A stretch of 64,000 nt of DNA from Mobula hypostoma (taxonomy: Eukaryota), in assembly GCF_963921235.1 (NCBI RefSeq), contig NC_086097.1, positions 203,486,001 through 203,550,000 of the forward strand, given 5' to 3'. Every line of letters starts with the position of its first letter. Position 1 is the stretch's first letter. This document shows positions 49,010-61,794 of this stretch, piece after piece. Position numbers and translations under genes: made by a program. Under the pieces are notes generated by a model that saw nothing but the letters and a program-made list of their open reading frames with translations, did not search any database and was not told the DNA's origin.

Positions 49010-49287
49010 CTAGCAATAAGAAGGTTTTAGAGAGTTAGAGAGTCATTGGCAAAAGAGTGAGTGAGAGAGAGAGAGAGAGAGTTTCATTGGGACCTAGATG
49101 GCTGAGAGTTACACACTGTTCTTTATGGGAATGGGACCCGCTCTCGGGGTTTCATAACTGGCCATTGTACAGCACACCAAGGGCTCAGTGTAAGAGCTCT
49201 GCTTGCCTTTGGAGGACTGATGTTTTCATGGCTCTGGAGACGGGGAATCAGAGGTCGGTGTCCGAGCAGAAAACTGGTGGATCGTGA

Positions 49288-50805
49288 GAGACCATAAGAC
49301 CATAAGACAAAGGAGCAGAAGTTGGCCATTCAGCCCATCGAGTCTGCTCTGCCATTTTATCATGAGCTGATCCATTCTCCCATTTAGTCCCCCTCCCCTG
49401 CCTTCTCACCATAACTCTTGATGCCCTGGCTACTCAGATACCTATCAATCTCTGCCTTAAATACACCCAATGATTTGGCCTCCACTGCTGCCCACAGCAA
49501 CAAATTCCATAGAATCACCACCCTCTGGCTAAAAAAATTTCTTCGCATCTCTGTTCTGAATGGGCATCCTACGAGTCATGTCTCCTTGTACTAGACTCCC
49601 CCACCATGGGAAACAATTTTGCCATATCCACTCTGTCCATGCCTTTCAACATTCGAAATGTTTCTATGAGGTCTCCGCTCATGCTTCTAAACTCCAAGGA
49701 ATACAGTCTAAGAGCGGACAAATGTTCCTCATATGTTAACCCTCTTATTCCCGGAATCATTCTAGTGAATCTTCTCTGAACCCTCTCCAATGTCAGCACA
49801 TTCTTTCTTAAATAAGGAGCCCAAAACTGCATACAGTACTCCAAATGATGTCTTACCAGTGCCTTATAGAGCCTCAACATCACATCCCTGCTCCTATACT
49901 CTATTCCTCTAGAAAAGAATGCCAACATTGCATTCACCTTCTTCACCACCGACTCGACCTGGAGGTTAACCTTAAGGGTATCCTGCACGAGGACTCCCAA
50001 GTCCCGTTGCATCTCAGAACTTTGAATTCTCTCCCCATTTAAATAATAGTCTGCCCATTTATTTCTTCTGCCAAAGTGCATAACCATACTTTGTATTTCA
50101 TTTGCCACTTCTTTGCCCATTCTCCCAATCTATCCAAGTCTCTCTGCAGACTCTCTGTTTCCTCAGAACTACCGGCCCCTCTACTACCATCAGCAAACTT
50201 AGCCACAAAGCCATCTATTCCATAATCCAAATCATTGATATACAATGTAAAAAGAAGCGGCCTCAACACGGACCCCTGTGGAACACCACTGGTAACCGGC
50301 AGCCAACCAGAATAGGATTCCTTTACTCCTACTCTCTGTTTCCTGCCGATCAGCCAACACTCTATCCACGTATGTATCTTTCCCATAATTCCATGGGATC
50401 TTATCTTGTTAAGCAGCCTCACGTGTGGCACCTTGTCAAAGGTCTTCTGAAAATCCAAATATACAACATCCACTGCATCTCCCTTGTCTAGCCTACTTGT
50501 AATTTCCTTAAAAAATTGCAATAGGTTTGTCAGGCAGGATCTTCCTTTAAGGAAAACATGCTGAGTTCTGTTTATCTTGTCATATGCCTCCAGGTACTCT
50601 GTAACCTCATCCTTGACAATCGACTCCAACAACTTCCCATCCACCGATATCAAGCTAACCAGTCTATAATTTCCTTTTTGCTTCCTTGCCCCCTTTTTAA
50701 AAGGCCAAAATCTATTGACTTTTGAAAGATCATTGCTAATGCCAGCGCAATCTCCACAGCTACTTCCTTCAGAACACGAGGGTCCATTCCATCTGGTCTG
50801 GGAGA
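49288..50805 (-). mobile_element. CR1 LINE RT to 3' end
   Basis: ORFs 50039-50653 and 49569-50120 (YLDFQKTFDKVPH, GVPQGSVL, KFAD); (ACCATAAG)2 tail. Confidence 0.95.
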
Positions 50806-50819
50806 TGGACCATCTGGTC

Positions 50820-53800
50820 TATCTGAGGCTCAGCTGGAGCGGAGGCCTCCGCAACCATGACTCGGCTTACGGACTTGTTTCAGCCAGGAGCCCTGCCGTC
50901 CGGGATTAAGTGTTGGCTTCGGGACCCAACCCAATCTACAGCCGGGGACCCTGGCTGCTGGAAGTGGCAGCGGAGCCTCCCCCGTCACTCGGCCCAACCT
51001 GGAGCGCCTGATGACGCGATCCACCAATCGATCCCCGCGGGACGTGTCCACCAACCTCAAAGAGCTGCCAACAACACACTGCATTGATGGAAACCTGGAA
51101 AGATGCACTATTTACCGAGGAAGCGTGGGAAAAGAGCTGGGCTGCTGGTCAGATTGAAGCTGAGGGGCTTCAGGGTCCCTATGCCCACCATCCTACTAGC
51201 TAATGTGCAAGCCACAGAGAACAAGGTGGATGATCTTAAAGGGAGACTCACCTACTGCAGGGAGATGCAGAACTGCTGTGTATTCTGTTTCACAGAGACC
51301 TGGCTTTCCACTGCCACCCCCGACTGTGCCATCCGACCGGAAGGATTTTCGATCCATCGGATGGACCGCACGGCACCTTCGGGCAAGACGAGAGGAGGTA
51401 ATGTCTGCCTACTGATCAACACTGTGTGGTGCTCGGACACAGTGGCACTGACAAGCTCCTGCAGCCCAGACCTGGAACACCTGTCGGTGAAGTATCGTCC
51501 CTACTCTCTGCCATGGGAATTCACCTCGGTCATACTGACAGTGGTCTACATTCCCCCCCAGGCAGACGTGGAGTGTGCTCTGAACATACTGCATGCCAAC
51601 ATCAGTGAACTTGAGACCAGGTATCCGGAGGCTTTGCTCATTACAGCCGGGGACTTTAACCAGGGCAACCTCAGAAAGGTGCTGCCAAAGTTATACCAAC
51701 ATGTCTCCTGCCTCACAAGAGGCCCGAATATACTTGACCACTGCTACACAGCAGTCAAGGATGCCTACCGTTCCGTCCCACGACCTCACTTCAGAAAATC
51801 AGACCATCAGGCCGTACTCCTCCTCCCGGCTTACAAACAGAAACTGAAGCGGGAGGTTATGGTGTCAAAAGTAGTGTTGCTTTGGATGGAGGAAATGGAT
51901 GAGGTCCTCCGTGACTGCTTTGAATCAGTGGACTGGTTACTATTCAAGGACTTGGCAGCTAACCTCGATGAGAATGCCTCAGCTGTCACGGACTTTATTT
52001 GGAAATGCACGGAGGACTGTGTGTCTCGCAAGACGATCCGGGTATTCCCTAACTGGAAACCTTGGATGAATTATGAGGTCAGGTCCCTTTTAAAGGCTAG
52101 AGCTGCAGCTTTTAGGTCCGGGGATTCCAGTCGTTACACGGAATCCAGGCGTGAACTCTGGAAAGCCATTAAGGGCACCAAGAGGCAATATCAAGCCAAG
52201 TTGGAAGCCCAGGCTAACCAGAGGGATGCCAGTAGACTACGACAGGGTCTAAGTGAGATCACTGGGTGCAAAGAAAAGGCTGGAATATCAATAACTGTGG
52301 CGCTTCTCTTCCTGACGAACTTAACGTATTCTACGCTCCCTCTGGATGAACCGGACCTGGTGGCATCGAGATTCGTCGTCACCGAGGAGGATGTTAGAGG
52401 GGCCTTCCTGAAGATAAATCCAAGGAAGGCAGCGGGCCCAGATGGCGTCCCGGGACGGGTTCTCTGGGCCTGTGCAAGCGAGCTAGCTGGAGTGTTTGCT
52501 GACATCTTCAGCTGCTCCTTGCTTCAGTCTAAGATCCCCTCGTGTTTTAAGAAGGCAACGATAATCCCAGTGCCGAAGAAGAGCAAGGTGGCATGTCTGA
52601 ATGACTATCGACCTGTGGCTCTGACATCAATTGCTATGAAGTGCTTCGAGAGATTGGTTATGGCACACATCAACCACAGCCTACTGGTCAACCTCGACGC
52701 TTTGCAATTTGCCTACCGGAGCAACAGATCAACGGCAGATGCCATCTCTATGGCCCTACTTTCCTCCTTAGAACACCTGGAAAATAAAGACGCATACGTA
52801 AGGTTCCTTTTCATTGACTACAGCTCTGCCTTTAATACCATAATTCCAAATAAACTGATTCCTAAGCTCCAGAACCTGGGCCTTAGCACTCAGATATGCA
52901 GCTGGATCTTCAACTTCCTCACAGACAGGACCCAGGCAGTAAAAATAGGGGACAAGCTCTCCTCTGCAATCACTCTGAGCACCGGTGCCCCACAAGGCTG
53001 TGTACTCAGCCCCCTGCTGTACTCACTGTACACCCATGATTGTGTAGCCAAGTTTCCATCAAACTCAATATATAAGTTTGCTGATGCACAACAATTGTAG
53101 GCCGTATCTCGGGTAATGATGAGTTTGAGTACAGAGAGGAAGTTAAGAACCTGGTGGCATGGTGCGAAGACAATAACCTATCCCTCAACGTCAGCAAGAT
53201 GAAGGAATTGGTTGTTGACTTCAGAAGGAGTAGCGGACCGCATGACCCAATTTACATCGGTAGTGTGCAAGTGGAACAGGTCAAAAGCTTGAAGTTCCTT
53301 AGGGTCACTATCACAAATGACCTGACTTGGTCCAACCAAGCAGAGTTCACTGCCAAGAAGGCCCACCAGCGCCTTTACTTCCTGAGAAAACTAAAGAAAT
53401 TTGGCCTGTCCCCTAAAACCCTCACTAATTTTTATAGATGCACCGTAGAAAGCATTCTTCTAGGGTGCATCACAACTTGGTATGGAAGTTGTCCTGTCCA
53501 AGACCGAAACAAGCTGCAGAAGATCATGAACACGGCGCAGCACATCACACAAACCAATCTTCCATCCTTGGACTCACTTTACACCGCACGCTGTCGGAGC
53601 AGTGCTGCCAGGATAATCAAGGACACGACCCACCCAGCCAACACAATTTTCGTCCCTCTTGCCTCCGGGAGAAGGCTCAGGAGCTTGAAGACACATACGG
53701 CCAGATTTGGGAACAGCTTCTTTCCAACTGTGATAAGACTGCTGAACGGATCCTGAGCTGGATCTGGGCCGTACCCTCCAAATATCCGGACCTGCCTCTC

Positions 53801-54012
53801 GGTTTTTTTGCACTACCTTACTTTCCATTTTTCTATTTTCTATTTATGATTTATCATTTAAATTTTTAATATTTACTAATTTTTACTATTTTAATATTTT
53901 AAATATTTAATATTTGTAATCCAGGGAGCGGGAAGCGCAGAATCAAATATCGCTGTGATGATTGTACGTTCTAGTATCAATTGTTTGGTGACAATAAAGT
54001 ATAAAGTATAAG
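50820..54012 (+). mobile_element. Near-full-length Rex1/Babar LINE (APE endonuclease and RT), frameshifted
   Basis: ORF 51103-53100: LLANVQ, CFTETWL, AGDFN, LDHCY, SDH, KAAGPDG, NDYRPVALTS, DYSSAFNT, GAPQGCVLSP, KFAD, then a frameshift; continues 53154-53756; tail AATAAAGTATAAAGTA. Confidence 0.97.
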
Positions 54013-54029
54013 TACACCTGTTTCTCCCT

Positions 54030-54375
54030 TATTAAGAAGAAAGAGAGCCTGTGGTATGTTGAATACCGGGTGAACAATGTGGTCTTTGCAATACTGCAGG
54101 TCTGTGTCTTTGCTGTTGCCTTGCTCATGCTTGAGTACTCAGTGCCGGGTGCTGGTGCTATTTTTTGCTGGCGGGAAGTCGGCGGGGGGGATCGTTGCTC
54201 GCTGCCGCTTACATGCGGGAGGGAGGGGAGCTGGGGGGGTGCTTTGGGGTTCTAACATTTAACTGTCATTCATTCTTTGGGGGCACTCCTCGGCTTTTGT
54301 GGATGGTTGTAAAGGAAAAGCATTTCAGGTTGTATATTGTATACATTTCTCTGATATTAAATGTACCTTTGAAAC
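54030..54375 (+). mobile_element. Short non-coding retroposon with a Rex1-like tail
   Basis: G-rich body ending CATTTCAGGTTGTATATTGTATACATTTCTCTGATATTAAATGTACCTTTGAA. Confidence 0.4.
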
Positions 54376-54542
54376 TTCTGAGAGACTGCTAAGCAGTTGG
54401 AGGTCATGAACTTGGGTTTTGGAGTCTGTATCTTGAGGCAGGGGCAAAATAGGGTAAGCAGGGATGCAGGGGAATGGACTTTAAATTTAAATTAATCTGC
54501 CTGAGTTTGTCTCCTGGTGCTGGATTGCAATGGAGATCCTCT

Positions 54543-54847
54543 TCAAATCATCACAGAGTTATAAAAGGCCTGTTGTTCTGAGAGTGCTAAACAACAGGCC
54601 TGTCTTAGATCATTGTGATCTAATTTCCTTGGCAAAACAGTAAGCTTATGTTTTTCTTGATGGGTTTCCCAAGAAATGTGTAAAAGAAAAGTGGGAAAAA
54701 GAACTTTTGCCCAATACCAGGAATCATCTTTCTCAATTGGACTCAGTGCAAAGTCCAAAGTGTCTGGATGGCGTCAGTAAATAGCACACTTCCCCACGTA
54801 TAGCAAGTTTGATTCCAACAAGATAGGATCCTTCAGCATATGAAGAT
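54543..54847 (-). pseudogene. Candidate pseudo-exon
   Basis: LHMLKDPILLESNLLYVGKCAIY*RHPDTLDFALSPIEKDDSWYWAKVLFPTFLLHISWETHQ…; splice sites weak. Confidence 0.45.
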
Positions 54848-55662
54848 CTCATTATTAGAATAAAAGTGTTTCTCTAGTCTGTGAGAAACATCCCTTGTTC
54901 TGCAGAGTCTGCAGAGAGTTATATATGTGTGTGTATGTGTGTGTGTGCCTATGTTCCTTTAAAGTATAGACTCACTGACTCTGGAAAGGTAGCAGTAGTC
55001 AGTATAATTACTTTCCAATTTAAACAAAAAAAAAAGCTGGAGAATCCAATAAAAGGTCAGTAAAAATGGCAGGTTTCATCCATTTCAAAATGTCAGTGAT
55101 GTAGCTCTTCAGTAGCTCTTTTGCACTATTTTTAATTCATGGCTGTCAATAAAATTTCAGTAATTAGATTTGGTGCCATATAACTGTGCTACAATTTATT
55201 CTGTCTGCTCATTATGACGTCAGTTCTCTATAACATGTGGTGCTCTCCAGATGTTGAATTTTTGTGTCTGTGAAAATGCAGATTTTTCTTTAGCTTTTCA
55301 GCTCTAACATTCAAATGACTGCTTTTTCTCCATTATTTTGATTCAGGGTTGTGTGAGTATCTTACAGTACTGTCAGAGAAAATTAAGACACAGAATTAAT
55401 GAAGTATTTGGTATTTCAATTGAAAACTGGCAATTGAAATTACAAAATGCATGAATAGTAAAGATTCTTCCATTGAAGGGCAGAGTTCCCTAGATCTGTT
55501 TTCTGTCTTCATTTTACTTTGTATCAATTGTAAATGACAATACATTTTATTTATATTGTGCATTTAATGTAGCAAGTGACCCCAAGGTTAAGGAAAACAG
55601 GGCTAAAGAAGGAGCTATTAGAAAGGTGCCTATAGATTGATTAAGAAAGTAGGTTTTGGAAT

Positions 55663-56560
55663 TGAAAGTGGTTTATTATTGTCACATGTATTGAGATACC
55701 ATAAAAATAAATTTAGTTTTGCATGCCATTAATACAGATTATGTCAAAACATAACAACATCGAAGTAGTGAAATGGAAAAGCAGTAACAGATTATATTGA
55801 TACAGTTACAATTACTACGAAAGTGCAGTGCAGGTAGACAATAAGATGCATGGGCCATGATGGGGTAGATTGTGAGGTTAAGCGTTAATCTTTAACATAC
55901 AAGAAATGCATTCAAATGTCTTATGACAGTGCCATTGAGAAGCTGTCATTGAGCCCAGTGATGCTGTGTTTTCAAACACTTTCATCCTCTGTCTGATGAA
56001 AGGGGGGGAGGGAGAAGAGAGAACGTTTGGGGTGGGAGAGGTCTTTGATTATGTTCTTGCTTTTCTGAGGCAATAGAAAGTCTAGATAGAGTCCATGAGG
56101 GGGGAGGCAAGGCTTCATGATGAATTGCATTGTGTCCACAAAAATCTGCAATTTCTTGTGATCTTGCATAGAAGAGTTGCCATATCAAGTTGTGATGCAT
56201 TCAAATGGGATGCCTTCTATAAAAAATTGTGAAGGTCAATAGGGAATGCTGTATATTTTTTGTGGGGAGGTGGAGGTGCTGGTGTGCTTTCTTGACATAG
56301 AATCTCTGTGGTTGGACTAGGAGAACATATTTGTGATGTTACAACGTAAGAACTTGAATTTCTCAACTATCTCCACTTCAGCACCATTGATATATACAGG
56401 AATTTGTGCATCTCCCCGTTTTCTGAAGTTGAAGGCTAGCTCTTTCATTTCACTGACATTGAGGGAAAGGTTCTTGTCATGGCACCAGGCCACTTGGCTC
56501 TCTCTCCCCTTCCTGTGTTCCATCTTGTCATTATTTGAGATCCAGCTCACTATTGTGATG
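55663..56560 (-). mobile_element. Rex1/Babar 3' fragment
   Basis: WCHDKNLSLNVSEMKEL…KFKFL; IIKDLSHP. Confidence 0.85.
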
Positions 56561-56622
56561 TGATGTAGCTCCTGAGCAGTTGAAGGCTCAGCCCAGGATT
56601 TGAGACAGAGGAAATTTTGAGA
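56561..56622 (-). pseudogene. Pseudo-exon 5' part, cut off by the Rex1 insertion
   Basis: Very strong acceptor ctgtcttttcttcatttcttttaaatacttcacag; phase 2 start gives (D)LKISSVSNPGLSLQLLRSYIT. Confidence 0.55.
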
Positions 56623-56779
56623 CTGTGAAGTATTTAAAAGAAATGAAGAAAAGACAGTATGAAAATCACAAACTCGAGAGCAGGAAATTATGGGCTTTCC
56701 TACCAGAGAGTAGGAAACGATGAAGCATGCAGTTTTCCTGAAGCAGATTAAGGATCCAAGAAGTTGGCAGAATTCTTAC

Positions 56780-57060
56780 TCAATGACTTTGTTAGCCTCA
56801 CAAATCTTAATTCGAGCCTGGTTAACTGAGCCAAACCCAGTGGGACCTGACTATGTGTGATGGGCTAAGATTGGATTGGGTTGATGTTCTGTCAAAGCAT
56901 CTGGGTAAAATTGTGCAATGACAGTTTGGCTCAGTCTTTGACCGAGGTCACTTTGATTTGGTGTTGGTAGGCGCTGACAGCTAGCTACTGGTCCGCAAGA
57001 CCACAAAGGTCTTACTCTGGGGCATGATGGTGGTTTTAAGGAGCTCATCCAAGGACTGAC
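56780..57060 (-). pseudogene. Candidate pseudo-exon (281 bp, phase 0 to 2, one stop)
   Basis: Donor gtaaga; …QTVIAQFYPDALTEH…HHT*SGPTGFGSVNQARIKICEANKVI, in phase with the next exon. Confidence 0.55.
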
Positions 57061-57324
57061 CTGACATCAGGGGCAGAAATTTAGAGAGAGGTTTAGGAAC
57101 ACTGCCTTGAGACGTCAGCTCAAATTTGCTTCAGTGCCACAGTCCAGCAATGGATATCCACCACAAGGGCTTTACCCAAACTCAGAGCACTACTGTTGGC
57201 TGCAGATGTCAAGTTTGACTTGGAAGTGTATCAAATTGTCTTTCAAGATGTAAGGGCTTAGGCTCAGGTTGGATTTATATTGAATTATAAGTTAAAATGG
57301 CTGTTGGTAAAAAAAAAGAAATCA

Positions 57325-59127
57325 AATCCTTAGAAAGAGGTGTTACTGGATCAGAAGATGTAGAATCCCTTGTAGGTAGAGTTAAGAAACTGCAAGGGTA
57401 AAAAGACCCTGATGGGAGTTATATATAGGCCTCCAAACAGTAGCCAGGATGTGAGCTACAAATTACAATGGGAGATAGAAAAGGCATGGCAGAAGTGCAA
57501 TGATATGGGAAATTTCAATATGCAAGTACAGTACTGTGCAAAAGTCTTAGGTGTGTGTGTATATATATAATAAAAAAGACGGCATGTAATATAGCAAAGA
57601 TTAATAGAAAGTTAGAAGATTGGGAAGCTTTTTAAAACTAAAAAAGCCATAAGGAGGGAAAGGGAGAAATGTGAAGGTAAGGTAGCAAATAATATCAAAG
57701 AGGATACTGAATGTTATCTCAGATCTATCAAGAGTAAAAGAGAAGCGAGAGTAGATATCGGATCACTGGAAAACGATGTTGGTGAGGTAGTAATGGGGAC
57801 AAGGAAATGGCGGATGAAATGAATATGTATTATGTATTAGTCTTCACTGTGAAAGACACTAGCAGTATTCTGGAAGTTCGAGAGTGTCAGGGAGTAGAAG
57901 TGACTGAAGTTGCCATTTCGAGGGAGAAAGTGCTTGGGAAGCTGAAATGGCTGAACATAGATAAGTCACCTGGAGAGGATGGGCTAACACCCCAGTGTTC
58001 TGAAAGAGGTAGCTGAAGAGATTGTGAAGGAATTAGTAATGATCTTTCAAGGTTCTGGCATGTTTCTGGAGGACTGGAAAATTGCAAATGTCACTCCACT
58101 CTTCAAGAAGGGAAGGGGATAGAAGAAAAGAAAGTATAGGCCAACTAACCAGACCCTGGTGGTTGGGAAAATTTTGGAGTCGACTGTTAAGGATGAGGTT
58201 TTGGGATACTTGGAGGCAGATGATAAAATAGGCCAAAGTCAGCATGGGAAAATGTTGCCTGACAAAATTGTTGGAATTCTTTGAGGAAATAACAAACAAG
58301 ATAGACAAAGAAGAATTGATGGATATTGTATACTGGATTCTCACAAGGCTTTTGACAAGATGCCACACATGAAACTGTTTAACAAGATAAGAGCCCATTA
58401 TATTATAAGAAAGATACTAGCATGGATAGAACATTGACTGATTGGCAGGAGGCAAAGAATGGGAAGTACTGAGGCAGCAGGACAACTACAGAGGACTTAA
58501 ACAAATTAGGAGAATGGGCAATGAAGTGGCAGATGGAATACAGTGTCAGGAAGTGTATGGTCATGCACTTTGGTAGAAGGAATAAAAGCGTGGACTATTT
58601 TCAACTCGGGGAGGAAATTAAAAAATCTGAGGTGCAAAGCGATTTGGGAGTTCTCGTGTCGCATTCCCTGAAGTTTAACTTTCAGGTTGAGTTGGTGGTG
58701 AGGAAGGCAAGTACAATGTTAGCATTAATTTCAAAAGGACTAGAATAGAAAAGCTAGGATGCAATGCTGAGGCTTTATAAAGCACTGCTGAGGCCTCACT
58801 TGGCAGTTTTGGACCTCTTATATAAGCAAGTATGTGCTGCCATTGAAGAGGATTCAGAGGAGGTTCACAAGAATGATTCTGGGGATGAAAAAATTAAAAT
58901 ATAAGTAGTGTTTTGATGGTTCTGGGCCTTTATTCCCTGAAATTTAGAAGAATAGGGGGGATCTTAATGAACCTATTGAATGTGGAAAGACTGAGATAGA
59001 ATGGATGTGGAGAAAATGTTTTCCATCGTGAGTGAGTCTAGGACCAGAGGGCACAGCTTTAGAATAGAGGGACATATATTTAGAACGAGATGGGGAGGAA
59101 TTTCTTTTGCCAGAGGACGGTGAATCT
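57325..59127 (+). mobile_element. CR1 LINE ORF2 with large internal deletions
   Basis: ELRNCKGKKTLMGVIYRPP; DKSPGEDG; KWQMEYSVRKCMVMHFG. Confidence 0.9.
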
Positions 59128-59169
59128 TAAAGGTTTATTTCTTATTACGAAACTGAGATTTTTCTTCTC

Positions 59170-60050
59170 TAGATAGTTCTTTGAGGAAAAGAGTTCTAAC
59201 GATTCACAACCCTTTGGGAGAAACAAAATATTTCTCCTCTGTATTAAGTGGTCTATTTGTTATTCCTGGATGGTGATCCCTGGTTACATGTTCTCCCATA
59301 ACAGGAAGTATCTTTTCCATATCCACCCTGTCAAATCTACTCAGGATTTGATATGTTTCAATCAACTCTACATTTCTGGTGCTAAACTCCTGCAGATATA
59401 AGTCTAATTTTTTGAACCTTTCTTCATAAGACTACTTGTCCATTCCAGCTATCGGTCCAGTAACCATTTTCTGAATTATTTTCAATTAATTAACATCCTC
59501 TCTTAAAGAGACCGCGACTGTAAACAGTATTCCACATGTGATCTCCTCTGCTCTATGCAATCAAAGCGAACCTTGTCTTAAATTCAAACATCCAAGAACA
59601 ACATTCTATTGGTTTCCCTATTGACTTGTAGTACCTGAATGCTGGCTCCATGCAAGTTATGCATCAGGAAATCCAAATGCCTTCGGATCTCTTAGATCAT
59701 CACTGAGATAATCTGCTTCATTTAGTTTCTCTGCCAAAGTGGACAATTTGACATTTTGTCTCATTATCCTCCATTTGCCAGATCTGAGCACAATCACCTA
59801 GACAATTTATGTCCATTGAGCAACAAATTTTGCAGACATATTTTGGATTCTTCATTAAAATAATTTATATAAATTGTTAAAAATTGAAGTGCCAGTCTTG
59901 ATTTCTATCGGCATATCACTTGTTCCATCTTGCCAATCAAAAAAAGTTCTATTTATGGCTACTCTCTGTTTTCTGTTAGCTAGCTAACCTCAAATCCATG
60001 ACAATACCTTATCTTCTACACTATGAGGTTTTATTTTCTGCAAGAATCGT
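59170..60050 (-). mobile_element. Ancient CR1 remnant
   Basis: Degraded similarity to CR1 3' regions (TCCACCCTGTCAAATC…, ACAGTATTCCACATGTG). Confidence 0.6.
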
Positions 60051-60116
60051 TACCCTTATCCAACCTTTAATTCCAGTTCTTAGTGAGTGCCAAAGTGCTG
60101 AGTGATCTATACTTGC

Positions 60117-60446
60117 CATGTGTTCTTTTGCAGGTCTCAGTAAAATTTCCATCATTGAATTCAGGTTCTATGATGACTCCCCTGGAACATATAAATTTAA
60201 CCATCTCTCCACAGATCTGATAAATATTTCATCTTTGTGATTCTACCATTCATGAGATAGAGAAATCCCAGCCATAGCTTCAGCTCTTCCGTCAATACCT
60301 CCAAGATAGCATCAGTGAAAGTGTCTTCAGCCTGATCCTAAACTTCTCACTACAGCAATGCTAGACAATAACCTGATATCCAATGCTTTTGGAGATGTAT
60401 TCACACATCCTAGCAGCTTCCAGAGGTATGTTGGGAAATGCTGCAC
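60117..60446 (-). pseudogene. Candidate pseudo-exon with frameshifts
   Basis: VQHFPTYLWKLLG… / DTFTDAILEVLTEELKLW… / DEIFIRSVERWLNLYVPG…LLRPAKEHM|gcaagt (GC or mutated donor). Confidence 0.45.
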
Positions 60447-61084
60447 CTAACGTGGGTCTAGAGCTATTTCTTAACTGAGTTGTTGAATGCTTTTGCATTC
60501 CATCACAAATGAAACGTTGAGGTTAAAAACAATTATGTTTCAAAATTAGTAACATTTGGTGGTTGTGGCATCCGCTGCACAGAATCTACTTCCAGTTGCA
60601 CTTGCCCTTATTGTGATAAGGTCATATTGCAACGGAAGGGACAAATCAGCCCTATTCAACAGACTTGCAAGATTGATGTATGTGGATCATTACCTCTCAA
60701 AAATAGCATGCAGTAAATTTATAGAAAACTTCCAAAGTATGTATCTTATATAATAATCCAGGAAAATTGTTCTATATGAGAGAATCAGACACAGCACTAC
60801 ATTGGTGAGATGTGTAATTTTTGTAAGACTGAACTCTTATAAACTGTCAATATATCTGCATGGGATCTAACGTAAATGAAAGCTGTGTCCACATGGGTCT
60901 TCGTTCTTGTTTCCAAAAATGCATGCCAGCAAAACCTTGTAAAATTTGTCATGTTAAATGTAATAGTCATGCACATAAAGCTAGCAACCCTGCTGCAAGG
61001 TTTTGCATTTCCTCCATAATTATCTTTCTTACAGAGTAGTTTCATGTCTCTTGTACTATAAAGAGAGGTTAGTAACCTTAATAT

Positions 61085-61385
61085 ACAAAATAAAATTCTG
61101 GAAGTGGATAGCAGATTACTTTACTTTACTTTACTTTATTGTCACCCAACAATTGATACTAGAGCGTACAATCATCACAGTGATATTTGATTCTGCGCTT
61201 CGCGCTCCCTTGAATACAAATCAGGCAATATCTGCAGACAGAGAAATAGAGTTAACATTTTCTCACAAAGCTCGTTATACTGATATGAAAGCTGTTTTTC
61301 TCTCTACAGATACTGCTTGATCTAGTGTGTACTTCCAGTATCTCCTCTTTTTATTTTTGAGTTCTTCTCTGCAGATTTTTGCCTT
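61085..61385. mobile_element. Ancient palindromic PLE terminal-repeat remnant
   Basis: Inverted arms ATCTGCAGACAGAGAAATAG / CTGTTTTTCTCTCTACAGATACTGC…TTCCAGTAT. Confidence 0.5.
61117..61221 (-). mobile_element. ~100-bp 3' tip of the same Rex1 family as 50820-54012
   Basis: Reverse complement of 53912-54000 with a (TACTT)n tail. Confidence 0.9.
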
Positions 61386-61794
61386 TCAGTTTATGTCCTA
61401 TGGCTTCCTTAGGTTTATAAGATGTCTTTGTGTAGTGGAAATGCTCAGTAATATCTATAACACAAGATGTTTGACCATAGAGTAATAATTATCCAAAAAG
61501 GCATTTACACACTGCACAGGATTTATATGCAAAAGTTGACAGGAGCTAAAATTTTTGTCAAACTTGATCTGCTCAGTTGAATGTGGATAAGGAATATCAA
61601 CAGTATTTTTCAATCAGAAAAATACTGTTTATATATAGAAACACTGTCTGTTTCCTATATAGAAACAGACAGTAACAATGAGATCTTCACATTGAAAGTT
61701 GTCGATTTGTTTCTGTGATAAAGACAAATGAATAGATATGTTGTTTTAACATATTTATATATAAACATCTTTGAAAGGTTAGACTGAATTTTAG

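Larger units (their letters stand above)
1841..60446 (-). pseudogene. Large multi-exon protein-coding gene relic, product unidentified; probably extends beyond both window edges
   Basis: About 20 segments in repeat-free gaps, most bounded by polypyrimidine-AG and GT(A/G)AG-type sites, all on the minus strand. Consecutive exons are mostly phase-compatible and translate to protein-like peptides with in-frame stops. Individual exons are listed separately. Confidence 0.7.

Noticed and set aside
51103..53100. 665-aa ORF as a host gene
   Set aside because: It is the APE-RT of a frameshifted Rex1/Babar LINE.
61643..61673. 31-bp near-perfect palindrome ACTGTCTGTTTC-CTATATA-GAAACAGACAGT
   Set aside because: Short, with no TIR/TSD or other context; likely a local repair or slippage product.
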